From NCBI GenBank assembly GCA_047495785.1, contig JBLDXI010000059.1, forward strand, positions 1 to 64,000: DNA of 64,000 nt, given 5' to 3'. Source of the stretch: Lepidodermella squamata (Eukaryota; Animalia; Gastrotricha). The notes beneath the pieces were generated by a model that worked only from the letters and a program-made list of their open reading frames with translations, searched no databases and was not told where the DNA came from. Positions 11,646 to 21,205 of this stretch are shown piece after piece (position 1 is the stretch's first letter; the number at the start of each line of letters is the position of its first letter). The position numbers were made by a program, and so were the translations under genes.

Positions 11646-13898
11646 CTAGAACAGAACTTGGAAACAGCCGAGTTTCTTACGAATTTGATCATACAGACCA
11701 CAAGCTATATCATCAATTGTTTTGCGCATCATCTTCGTGAGAGAAGCGCAAATTTGAAGCTGGCGCTCAGACAACTTGACGCTGCTGCTTGCTTCGATAA
11801 TTTTCGTTAGCATGATTGTAAAATTCAAAACGAACAGCTGATTCAGTCCTTTCTTGGCGTCAAGTTGATTTGGTCGATTCAACAAATTATTGATAATACC
11901 GAAAAATTCATTCATGAGACGAGGCCTAGATTGCAGTACAACTTCGATCGGCAACAGAGGATCCGGGCCAGAAATTAACAGGGTGAAACAAATCGAAGCG
12001 TTGAGAAGATCCAACGTGTCCTCATACCACGTGGGCCCCAAATCCGTCAGTCGAAGAATCGATGTAGCAATTTTCACCAATGAACTCCGATATTTGGAGG
12101 CGATTCTGGCGCGATGGGCCGGATCTTTCAAATTGCGAAGAACAACAGCAAGGCAAATGTAACCATTAAGCACGGGGCCTTGTTCGTAAAAACTGAGGCA
12201 TAACCCGAGCACAGTGTCGAATTTTGAATCAGTGAGAAATTGCGAGAAAATCGAGTCGTTAGTCATACCTGGCCAGGCAAGAAACTTGACAAGCTGAATG
12301 ACAACGCGCCTTAGTTCTTGGTCACCTTCGATAAGTTTGGCATTCAGCGTAACAATGTCGAGAAAACTGGAGCAAAATTCACGGTTATTTGCTGGGACGG
12401 AGGCGTAATTTTGCGCCTCGATATCTACCGTGAAATTGTAGATGCCGATTAAAGCTGCACTTGGATAGTTAGTTTTCATCGGATTCGGCTTCTCCAGTTT
12501 AAAAAAGTTCAGGATGACACCGATATACGAATATACCGGGGATAATTTCAGGAACGCACCGGTTGGTTTGGACCCGCGATTTTGCCAAAGAATCGCGTTT
12601 ATTAAAGGGAAGACATGCCGGTTAATGGCGCAATGAGTCACGCTTTTACCGTCCTTCTTTTCATGAAATTCAACAACCGAAGCAGAAGCTATTAGACACA
12701 GCCGATCCATGGTCTGAGCAATTTTTTCATCGGGCAGGGCCAAGAATTTGCCCCTCATTACTTCATTTGATTCCCATTCATTTAAAGCTTTTTGAAGGAT
12801 AAAATGCGAGAAATTAGCTGCCGAAATGCCGTAGCCACCGTTAACAAAAGCATGATTGACAGGGCCGCTGAAAATCATGAGCATAGCAATTTTTGTGAAC
12901 CAAGTCAAATCGTCGAAAAGCGGCAGTTTTCGATTGACTCTAAACCTGGGTCCAACTCCTTTCCAAAGAGGCGAGTCATTGTCAGCATAGGCTACATCTG
13001 GAAACGTAAAATTGATCCAACTGCCGATAATTTCAGCATAAGTTCCTTCACGAGCAATTGCGAATTTCTTCAAGGCACCAGGTTTAGCGAGACTTGATCC
13101 AAAATTTATCATGAATTTGCGAAACCACGGCTGCTTCTCCAATTTGCCAGCCAGCTGAGCGTCGAAGAAACACATCATCACCCGCATAGTCGAAAACAAA
13201 TGGCCGAGAAATCGGAGTTGCGATGGGCTCAAAGTCACAAAATCGGCATTCGAGATCAAATCCGACAAAAACTTATTCTCGCCCAATTTTTCAATCAATA
13301 AAGAGCATTGTTGGGCGAAATACGAATGTATAGCCGGGGGTCTAGCTCCGAATGGGGCAGGAACGACGCGAAGCAGCCACGTGAGGTAGATCAGCCTATC
13401 ATCAAGATTGTCTTTCGGAGATATCGATAAAATAAACTCTGCTGGTGAAATCGAACTCATGACGCTACTGAATTCCGACGCATCGATGAACTTGTGAATT
13501 TCCCTTTCGATTGTTTCCTTCGCCTCAATTTTTATTTCACGGATTTTGGCCATCGTGAAGAAAGCGTAGGCCCGTTTTGAGTCTCCACTTTTGTGCAGAG
13601 CTTTGGCAGTGCGACAATACAATTCTGAATCGAATCCTCCGAGCAAATCCGAGATTTCGTACAAACAATTGACGACTTCCCGCCAATTTTTAGATTCCTG
13701 AGCTTTAACAGCTTTGTCTTCCAGCTCGGCGATTTTCTCGTTTCTTTTGTTGACTTCGTCGTCACCACCAGCAGCTTTACGGCGGGCGTCATCGCTCAGT
13801 TTTAATACATCGCTGCTATTTTTCAAGCGATGGAACAATCGGCCAACCTCGTCAGAGCCTGGGGCAACATCTTCGCCGTAAATCAGCCGTAAATCCAT
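11646..13898 (-). CDS. Family A copy A4, 750 aa (close paralog of A1)
   Basis: Intronless ORF with long near-identical blocks to A1, e.g. VVNCLYEISDLLGGFDSEL and KSGDSKRAYAFFTMAKIR. Confidence 0.9.
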   Translation of the reverse strand: MDLRLIYGEDVAPGSDEVGRLFHRLKNSSDVLKLSDDARRKAAGGDDEVNKRNEKIAELEDKAVKAQESKNWREVVNCLYEISDLLGGFDSELYCRTAKALHKSGDSKRAYAFFTMAKIREIKIEAKETIEREIHKFIDASEFSSVMSSISPAEFILSISPKDNLDDRLIYLTWLLRVVPAPFGARPPAIHSYFAQQCSLLIEKLGENKFLSDLISNADFVTLSPSQLRFLGHLFSTMRVMMCFFDAQLAGKLEKQPWFRKFMINFGSSLAKPGALKKFAIAREGTYAEIIGSWINFTFPDVAYADNDSPLWKGVGPRFRVNRKLPLFDDLTWFTKIAMLMIFSGPVNHAFVNGGYGISAANFSHFILQKALNEWESNEVMRGKFLALPDEKIAQTMDRLCLIASASVVEFHEKKDGKSVTHCAINRHVFPLINAILWQNRGSKPTGAFLKLSPVYSYIGVILNFFKLEKPNPMKTNYPSAALIGIYNFTVDIEAQNYASVPANNREFCSSFLDIVTLNAKLIEGDQELRRVVIQLVKFLAWPGMTNDSIFSQFLTDSKFDTVLGLCLSFYEQGPVLNGYICLAVVLRNLKDPAHRARIASKYRSSLVKIATSILRLTDLGPTWYEDTLDLLNASICFTLLISGPDPLLPIEVVLQSRPRLMNEFFGIINNLLNRPNQLDAKKGLNQLFVLNFTIMLTKIIEASSSVKLSERQLQICASLTKMMRKTIDDIACGLYDQIRKKLGCFQVLF

Positions 13899-14676
13899 AC
13901 TATAATATCTAAAATTAGTGCAGCATTGAATTGAAGAATTGAAACTATGAAAATGGCAAAATAATAATTAAAGCAAATAATTTAGACCAGTAAGGCATTC
14001 CTTCCGGTTCACGCCAAAATTTAATAAAACAAGTAAGAATGAAGGTGTAAAATAAATAACCACAAAAAATTTCTGAATGAGTTGAACGCCCCAAGCAAGA
14101 TGAATCTAGATCAGCACGCGACTACACCGAGGCATGAACAAGTTAAGACAAAACAACCTAAACGAAATGGGAACTATCTACTATCACAATGAGAAACTTC
14201 ATTGACGTTCTCAAGTTGGTCGAAACAAGGTCAGACCTCGGAACAAATTTTTGTTTGCATAAATAAAGCTATTTTTTGAACTTAACATTTCATTATTTAA
14301 CAACTTTTTTTACGGCCGTAGACGCGGAAAGTGGCAAACCCCTACGACAGATTTATCGATGCCGGTTCTTTTCGAAGATTGATAGATTGAAGTTCAGCCA
14401 ATATTCCCCTCCAGATAAGTTGACCCCAAGGCTTGGCAACACAACGGCCGATTCTAAGGATATAAAAGTGTTCCTTTAAGACCTTTACCGTCACAGCTCA
14501 AGTTGAAGTTGAAAAGATTCGCGATCCAACAAGTACTAAAATACCTAAATCAAGATAAAAAATATGAAATTGCACAATCATACATGGTCATTTTTCCAAA
14601 TTAGGCATTGATTTGAAATTGGTAATTGATTTGAAAGCTGGAAAAGGTTCAAAAATTAGTTTGGCAAAAGTTTAAT

Positions 14677-15864
14677 TCAAGAAAGCAATAAGGCATCAGG
14701 AAGGCCATCAAATTCCGAAAAATTCAGGTAATTCTTCAGAGTCATTGGTAACGGAAGCGACTGGATAGCGATCTGACGATCAACAATACCAAAAGGCAGA
14801 GTTTCGACAATAGCTTCTCGGCAAAGATCTTGCAAAAATCGCGGAATTCTCGGAGGCTGATAATCAGAAACAGCATTGTAACAATGAAAGCCAAACTTGC
14901 GAGCCAATTCGCTGAAGATCGAAAAGCCAGGATTTGTGATATAAAAATTGCCTGTAGCCCGGTATCCAGCACGTAGAAACAAGAGAAGCCCGTAAATGAT
15001 TCCTTTCCTTTCAAGCAACGAGTCGCCTTTTCCAATAAGACTGCGAATAACGTTCCAAATTTGATTGACAGGAAAAATCGGTGGTTTAGCAAAGGCGAAG
15101 GCAAACAGCTCAGCGCATTCCGCATCAAACGCCGCCATAGTAGTAAGGCGTTTCATTATCGTCGCAAATGAGCTGTGAGATGAAAATGAGTAATTTTGCG
15201 AAATTAATTTCTTCATGACAATTTTAGCAACGTTCAGCCATCGATTCAAATAACGATTTGCGTACGAAGATTTCCTCAACGCCTCCGCCAATCCATGGGA
15301 CAAGTAGATCATAGGGCAGAAGTGGCTGTAACCGAGTCGGAAAGGCACGTCATACTTGACCACAGCTTCGATGCCAGCAATCGACCCGGCCGTGTTTCTG
15401 TAGCAATACGCCAGAAAACACAGGGGAAAGGGCCCGTCAAGGCAAGAGAAAGCTTTATCCAGCAGCGCGTAATTCTTTTTGATCAGGCAACAAATGGCAA
15501 GAAGATGGAATTCCGGTCCATATCGAATAATTTTGACTTCGCCCAGGTCGAAATAGTTATCATTCAATTTCTTCATTAAGCCGTTAGTTAAAGAATTATC
15601 AAAAACTTGAGACCTTCGAACCAATGACATGGAATTTCGGAGCTGGAGAAAGTGAGAAATATCCAAGCGAAAAAGCTCGGGGTCGAAAATAATGTCAATC
15701 AAGTGATTTCTATCAGCAAGACTCGCAAGCTTTCCGGTTGAATTTGCAAAGATTTCTTGAAAATACCGACTGGCCGTGTTGCACAAATCATCCTGAAATG
15801 TCGGGTTGGAAATAAAGCAGTCACCGCCGCAAATCAGCCTCTCGTGAAGTTGTGCTGTATTCAT
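14677..15864 (-). CDS. SOCS-box protein B3 (~395 aa)
   Basis: C-terminal BC box plus Cul5 box: PRFLQDLCREAIVETLP...IQSLPLPMTLKNYL. First ATG is at 15864, after a TTCTAG acceptor. Confidence 0.85.
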   Translation of the reverse strand: MNTAQLHERLICGGDCFISNPTFQDDLCNTASRYFQEIFANSTGKLASLADRNHLIDIIFDPELFRLDISHFLQLRNSMSLVRRSQVFDNSLTNGLMKKLNDNYFDLGEVKIIRYGPEFHLLAICCLIKKNYALLDKAFSCLDGPFPLCFLAYCYRNTAGSIAGIEAVVKYDVPFRLGYSHFCPMIYLSHGLAEALRKSSYANRYLNRWLNVAKIVMKKLISQNYSFSSHSSFATIMKRLTTMAAFDAECAELFAFAFAKPPIFPVNQIWNVIRSLIGKGDSLLERKGIIYGLLLFLRAGYRATGNFYITNPGFSIFSELARKFGFHCYNAVSDYQPPRIPRFLQDLCREAIVETLPFGIVDRQIAIQSLPLPMTLKNYLNFSEFDGLPDALLLS

Positions 15865-15944
15865 TAATAAATCCCTAGAATTGATCGATACATCAAATTT
15901 ATTTATCACCAACAAACAGCGAAAGACTTGGATTTTATCATTAT

Positions 15945-17297
15945 TTAGGAGGATGGTATATCAAATTCTTTGAATAAAAGGTAGTCCTCCAGCGAGCTTG
16001 GCAACTGAAGAGACTTGATGGATTTAGGACGATCAAATATGCCTGAGGGCAGATTTTTCAAAATTGCGATGCGCGAAATTGCCTGCAACGGCCGAGGGAA
16101 ATATTTCGTCGCTTGGCTCAAGAAAAACATTGTATCTCTGAGATGAATCGACCTTTCCGACCTCAGCGCATTGATTCGTTCCGTTACTTGACCGATATCA
16201 AAAGCTGAACTGCCAGTACACTCGATTAATATGTAAAAAATCATGCTTTCATTCCTCCAGATGCGACTACTAAACGAATTTTCCGAGGCGTAGAACCGTT
16301 CAGAGCGGGTGAAAACGTGGCAAAAATTTTGCATCGGGTGACTCCGAGCGCCGGCACGTAACAGCGGCAGCACTAAATTTTTGAATACTTTGACGAGGAT
16401 ATCGGTCGAAAATTGCGAAGATGGGACGTTGATGAAAGCCCACGCCAATAATTCAGCCAAATTCGAATAGAAAAATCCATGCGAACCTTCTAGATGAAAA
16501 CAGGATTTGAACTTTTCGATGAGAAACTTGGTCAAATTCGGACTGAAAACGCTTAGACCGACGAGCTTTGCCAGGCAATTCGCAGGTTCCCTAGCATGTG
16601 ACGCCAATTTCGTTAAACATCTGTCCCAGATTTGGACATCATTCTCATAATGTGGAGGCCATCTTTGAATCCTGAGGCTATCGTGGAAAAGTTCAAGATA
16701 AGCATCGATGCAGTGAGCGATCGGGGCTTCTTCTCGCGGGTCCATTCCCATAGGTTCGTCTTCGTCCACATCCATCTCATTGGTCTCTTTCAAGAGGGTC
16801 GTGTCGACATCGGCGCCATTTAAAATCAGCACATCAATGCCATCGGCCCACTTGGTGCGAACTGCGGATAGCAAAAGAGACTGAATAACGCATTTTGGAG
16901 TGGTATTCCCGACTGATACTAGGGCATCTAAAAGGGTTTCACGATCCTCGCAACGGACAGCAAATAGCATTTTGACGTAGGCTTCGGCGTTAAATTTTTC
17001 TGACAACGCAAGATTTTTCGTTTGATTTCCAATAGCAACATTATGATCGGTTAATTCGTTTTCAGCAAATGGTATAAGTACGATCGCGTTGCTAGTCTCA
17101 AACTCCAAATCTTCATCCAAAAAGAGAATTTCGTCCTGTTCATGTCGAACTAATTCGGATGTGATCAAAACACGACCGGCAATGTCGCGAGTAACATGGC
17201 TAGCGACTCGCGTTAAATCGTCGAAAAATTGCTCGGTTGATATTATACAGCAATGGCCGCCGCAAACGAACCTTTCGTTGTGACCTTCAAATCGCAT
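15945..17297 (-). CDS. SOCS-box protein B4 (450 aa)
   Basis: C-terminal PRPLQAISRIAILKNLP...IKSLQLPSSLEDYL. The N-terminus ERFVCGGHC matches ERLICGGDC of B3. One ankyrin-like segment (LLSAVRTKWADGIDVLILNGADVD). Confidence 0.85.
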   Translation of the reverse strand: MRFEGHNERFVCGGHCCIISTEQFFDDLTRVASHVTRDIAGRVLITSELVRHEQDEILFLDEDLEFETSNAIVLIPFAENELTDHNVAIGNQTKNLALSEKFNAEAYVKMLFAVRCEDRETLLDALVSVGNTTPKCVIQSLLLSAVRTKWADGIDVLILNGADVDTTLLKETNEMDVDEDEPMGMDPREEAPIAHCIDAYLELFHDSLRIQRWPPHYENDVQIWDRCLTKLASHAREPANCLAKLVGLSVFSPNLTKFLIEKFKSCFHLEGSHGFFYSNLAELLAWAFINVPSSQFSTDILVKVFKNLVLPLLRAGARSHPMQNFCHVFTRSERFYASENSFSSRIWRNESMIFYILIECTGSSAFDIGQVTERINALRSERSIHLRDTMFFLSQATKYFPRPLQAISRIAILKNLPSGIFDRPKSIKSLQLPSSLEDYLLFKEFDIPSS

Positions 17298-17640
17298 TCA
17301 ATAAGAATATCGGAAATTAATAGAAATCTAAAAAAATAAAAAAGCTCAACAAGAGGCAGAACGATTAGATTGGTTCAATCGGTTGTTTTCAAGTAATCAA
17401 ATAAGTATCGAATCCAGCTTGTAACTTCGGCGTGACCTAATTCAGTGCTTGTACGATTAGAATTAAATAAATCTGCTCATCTTTCAAGGATCTCAAATTC
17501 CATCAACAAATTGGGGAAAATCATCCAATAAAATTCTAACCAGAGCAGTTTGTGAACATAAGCTTTTCAGCTCTCTCCCTCAACAGCTGGCGCAGCTGTC
17601 AACACGTGACTTGTGAGCGAAATGAAGTGAAGATCCCGTT

Positions 17641-19539
17641 CTACTTCGCTTCCTCGACACCCAACTCTTGGACTGGCATCAATGCAGCCTCGAAAGGTTC
17701 CGTGGCATCTCGGCCGGCTGCTGGTTCCCCATTCGTGTTGCCGTCAAGAGCGCGGCCGGTAACAGCTGGTCGTGGCGGGCTGCGGCTTCCGCGGAAAACA
17801 GGCCCCACTGTGGTGACGTCTGCATCACGGCTGTTACTGGAACGGCCAACATCAGGCAGTACGAGACCACGTTCCATGGCCCAACTTCGGAATTGCACGT
17901 TATCAGCCGCGAGTCTGACCACTGTTGGTCTATAGAACTCCTTCGATAACTGAATGCGGTGAAACAGAAACATTACAAAGCTCATCAATGCTGTCTAACA
18001 ACTTCCTACCATTCCATCTAGTTTATCAAATTCGGCCGGTGTTCGACAGGAGCGAAACATCAGCTCAATACCCCGCATCATCGAGTAGCCGTCTGCTCGG
18101 TAGAGCGTCAACATACCAGCGAGTTTCATCTCGCCTCTCTCGACCATCGCCGGGATGACGTGAGCATCGAGTGTCCGAGCGTCGAGATTCTTCAGCACCT
18201 GGAAACGAGCGCGTTCGGTGGTACGCGTCGTTCGAAGTCTCGTGAGATAAATCTCGGCAGCTAAGCGGCTGGCACTGGGATCGACTTGCACCTTTTCAAG
18301 ATAATTTTATTTAAAGATTTATATTCTTAGTGGAATCGATACCTGGAAATTCAGGATTTTCTTTCTGTTCAAGAAATAACATGCTAAGATGCTGGAAAAT
18401 AACCAGCCCGGCGTCCTTTAACAAATTTTAGTCCAGCCAATTGCGATTTTGTGGATTCGATGGTTCCACGAAGTTAGAGTTAAGTAAGTAATTAACACTT
18501 TAAATGCCAAAAATAGACTGCGAGGTCCGATATTTGGGTCTAATTCCTGGGTCTGTCAAAAAGTCATTTTTTTCGCGTCAACGATGCGTCGAGGGGCAAA
18601 ATGCCTGACGGCAAAGTGTAGGCCATGACCTGGCGGTTCTTTTGACACCGAATTCGGGGCCACAAGGTCTGAGCAGGTCATTGGAAATGACAGTGAAATA
18701 ACGTCGAAAATTTTGGATTAGAGCCAAAAATCAGACCCAAGAATTGGACCTAATTATTAGACCCAGATTATGGCGCAACAATCGAAATTTCACTGTTTTT
18801 CAAGTTTGATTTCTGTGCGTTCCTTGAAGTCTTTGGCCCCAAATTCGGTGTCAAAAGAACCGCCAGGCCATGGCCTACACTTTGCCGTCAGGCATTTTGC
18901 CCCTCGACGCATCGTTGACGCGAAAAAAATGACTTTTTGACAGACCCAGGAATTAGACCCAAATATCGGACCTCGCAGTCTATTTTTGGCATTTAAAGTG
19001 TTAAGTAAGTAATTTAACTCTAACTTCGTGGAACCATCGAATCCATTCAATTAATTAATTATTAATTTAAATAATTTAAATAATTCAATTAATTAATTAC
19101 TTGAAATAAATGCATCCCGGCTTGACGACACCGCGTAATCAAATCTGATGCTGAGCCTTGCAGAGGAACGACTTGCTGCAATTCGTAGAGATAAGTATAA
19201 GTGTTGTCCAAGCCGCCATTTTCCAGACGCTGGCCGAAAATAAGCAAATTGCCGTGGTTGATCACGTACAGGTCCGCCGTCTCATCTAGCGGTTTTATGA
19301 GCCTAACGCCGACTTTTTTGGCAACACGAACCAACGTCCTTTAACGTAGAAAAATTGTACAGGTAAAAATTTATGCATCAGCATTCAACTTACAAATGAA
19401 ACTTGTCATCAGCCTCCGAGTCGTTGTTGTAAGCGTCAATGACACTTCTGTCCAAGGGACAGTTTGCGAATCGTGATAGAATGCCCTGAAACGCGTCAAC
19501 AGCCATCCGAATTCTAACGTCTTTAGGAATTCCAGTCAT
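17641..19539 (-). CDS. Orphan 5-exon gene (~346 aa, hand-built model)
   Basis: Exons 19539-19394, 19338-19101, 18415-18343, 18284-18010 and 17949-17641 joined by GT-AG introns give one open frame (1041 nt). This explains three fragmentary ORFs in the track. The exon 4 acceptor choice is uncertain. Confidence 0.55.
18452..19045. repeat. Outer 32-bp perfect inverted repeat enclosing the MITE
   Basis: TGGATTCGATGGTTCCACGAAGTTAGAGTTAA at 18452-18483, with its reverse complement at 19014-19045. Confidence 0.9.
18496..19000. mobile_element. Non-autonomous TTAA-flanked (piggyBac-like) MITE, 505 bp
   Basis: 167-bp TIRs (18496-18662 / 18834-19000, 2 mismatches seen) starting CACTTTAAATGCC, with TTAA on both sides and no credible ORF. 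Confidence 0.8.
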
Positions 19540-19976
19540 AATTAGATAAAATTCTACCTAGATGATGTAATTATGAAATTTATTTTTAATCCTGGAACGT
19601 GACGTCAAGGTCAGCTACGATAACTGAACGATTGTTAATGGTTTCTTTTATTGCTAGGGTTGAAAAATGGTTGATCAAAACATGAGCTGTAGTAGGTTCA
19701 TTTGGGCTCGCGCGAACTAACGTCACGCCAACATTGGAGACAATTTGCGGCGACGGCGCAGTGAGTGAGTCGGGACAATCGGCCGATGGCTAGCAGCAAC
19801 TGGACCGGACGGTGAGGTTACAACATCTGCCCACGACATCGGATCGGGTAGTAAACGGTCCGGGGACCGATAACAAGACGTTGGCTGAATGAATTGAATT
19901 GGGCGTCAAACAGCAATATGACCTTGCCGATGCTGAACTGTCTCTAACCACTCTTCGCCCCATACACGGCCAACTG

Positions 19977-20699
19977 CACTCTCATTTTTAGGACGGGTTT
20001 GATGAGGCCTAAGGCGCCTTAGAGCCTCTCCAAGGCGCCTCTAAGGCGTCTTCAAGTCGCCTTGCATCATGATTCATCACTCTAAGGCGTCTTAGAGGGC
20101 TGTGATTCACAGCCTAGGCTGATTAATGACAAAAAACTCGGTCAGCCGGGGACTTTGACAAAAAATCAAAAATTTTAAGGCGCCTTGCCAAGACGTCTTC
20201 GTCATGGACGCCTTACCCAGGCGTCTTTAAAAGATGACTTACCAAGGCGTCTTCTTAAGACGTCTTACGAAGTCGTCTTTTAAAGATGCCTTACCAAGTC
20301 GTCTTCTTAGGACGTCTTTTCAGGGACTTGACATTTTTTGCGAGTGCAACTGACCAAAAAAAATTCAGATCAAGTAACAAAAAATCGCACAATGTTTTCA
20401 AGAGCAGTGGTGGCGTAGTGGTTAGAGAGGATGATGGGTTGTCTGAGAGGATGATTGTGCGTGGGTTCGAACCCAACAGCCTATATAGATTTTTTTAATA
20501 GATTTTTTTAAAGCTCAATTCTGCCACAAAGACGTCTTGATAAAGGCGCCTCAGCAGGGTAAGACGTCTTAGTAAAGGCGCCTCGAAGACGCCTTAAAGG
20601 CGCCTTCAAGGCGTCTTACGAAAATACAGGGCGCCTTAGGCTAAGGCGCCTTTATGCGGTTTTTTTGCATTACGCTAACCCGTCTTTTCTGTGAGAGTG
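19977..20699. mobile_element. Non-autonomous CACTA/EnSpm-like DNA transposon, 723 bp
   Basis: Termini CACTCTCA-N7-GACGGGTT / AACCCGTC-N7-TGAGAGTG and a 2-bp TSD TG (19975-76, 20700-01). Many subterminal palindromic AAG(G/A)CG(C/T)CTT repeats at both ends. Confidence 0.75.
20404..20509 (+). promoter_or_regulatory. tRNA-derived RNA polymerase III cassette (A box, B box, T-run terminators) inside the CACTA-like element
   Basis: A box TGGCGTAGTGG at 20411-20421, B box GGTTCGAACCC at 20464-20474, then two runs of 7-8 T. No anticodon or acceptor stem. Confidence 0.6.
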
Positions 20700-21205
20700 T
20701 GAAATAATTTGTTAAACAAAAGTTACTCATTCAAGGTATTAATCGATGAAATTACCATAGCTACGGCTGGACACGAGATCCTCGAATACAAAACGTCTGA
20801 CTGTCACCGTTCGGCCATCTTTCTTGCCTGCCTCAGGCTCATCGCCAACTTCAGTCACTTGCATCTTAATGCACAAAATATCTATGAAATCGTCAGGTTT
20901 CAGGGTTACGTTTAAGCGAAAAAAGCGAGATATCTCGTAGAAGTTAAGCCGCCCAACAATCCGCGTCGATTTGTCGACATCGATGCGTAACACTTTTTAG
21001 CGTTGTGGTTGAAATTTTACCGCTAAATAATTGAGCATAACCTCCGCTTCTAAAGTCTTACTATAAAACCGAAACAAAATTTAGTTTATTCCACGCAACC
21101 GGATACAAGCAATTGAGCGATTATATATTCAAAATATAGGAGGGTATCAAAATGGGATTAATGCACAATTAGAAAACATTGAGATGTCAATTGAATCAGC
21201 GTAAT

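Noticed and set aside
17989-17997. Stop-codon readthrough between ORFs 17995-18291 and 17641-17988
   Set aside because: The TAG lies inside a 60-nt GT-AG intron (17950-18009). The same applies to the TGA at 22046 in B2.
20404-20480. Second functional tRNA gene
   Set aside because: A and B boxes are present but no acceptor or anticodon stems can be formed.
20005-20655. CRISPR-like array from recurring AAGGCGCCTT/AAGACGTCTT palindromes
   Set aside because: Units are ~10 bp and irregularly spaced, there are no cas genes, the context is eukaryotic, and TIR plus TSD explain them as transposon subterminal repeats.
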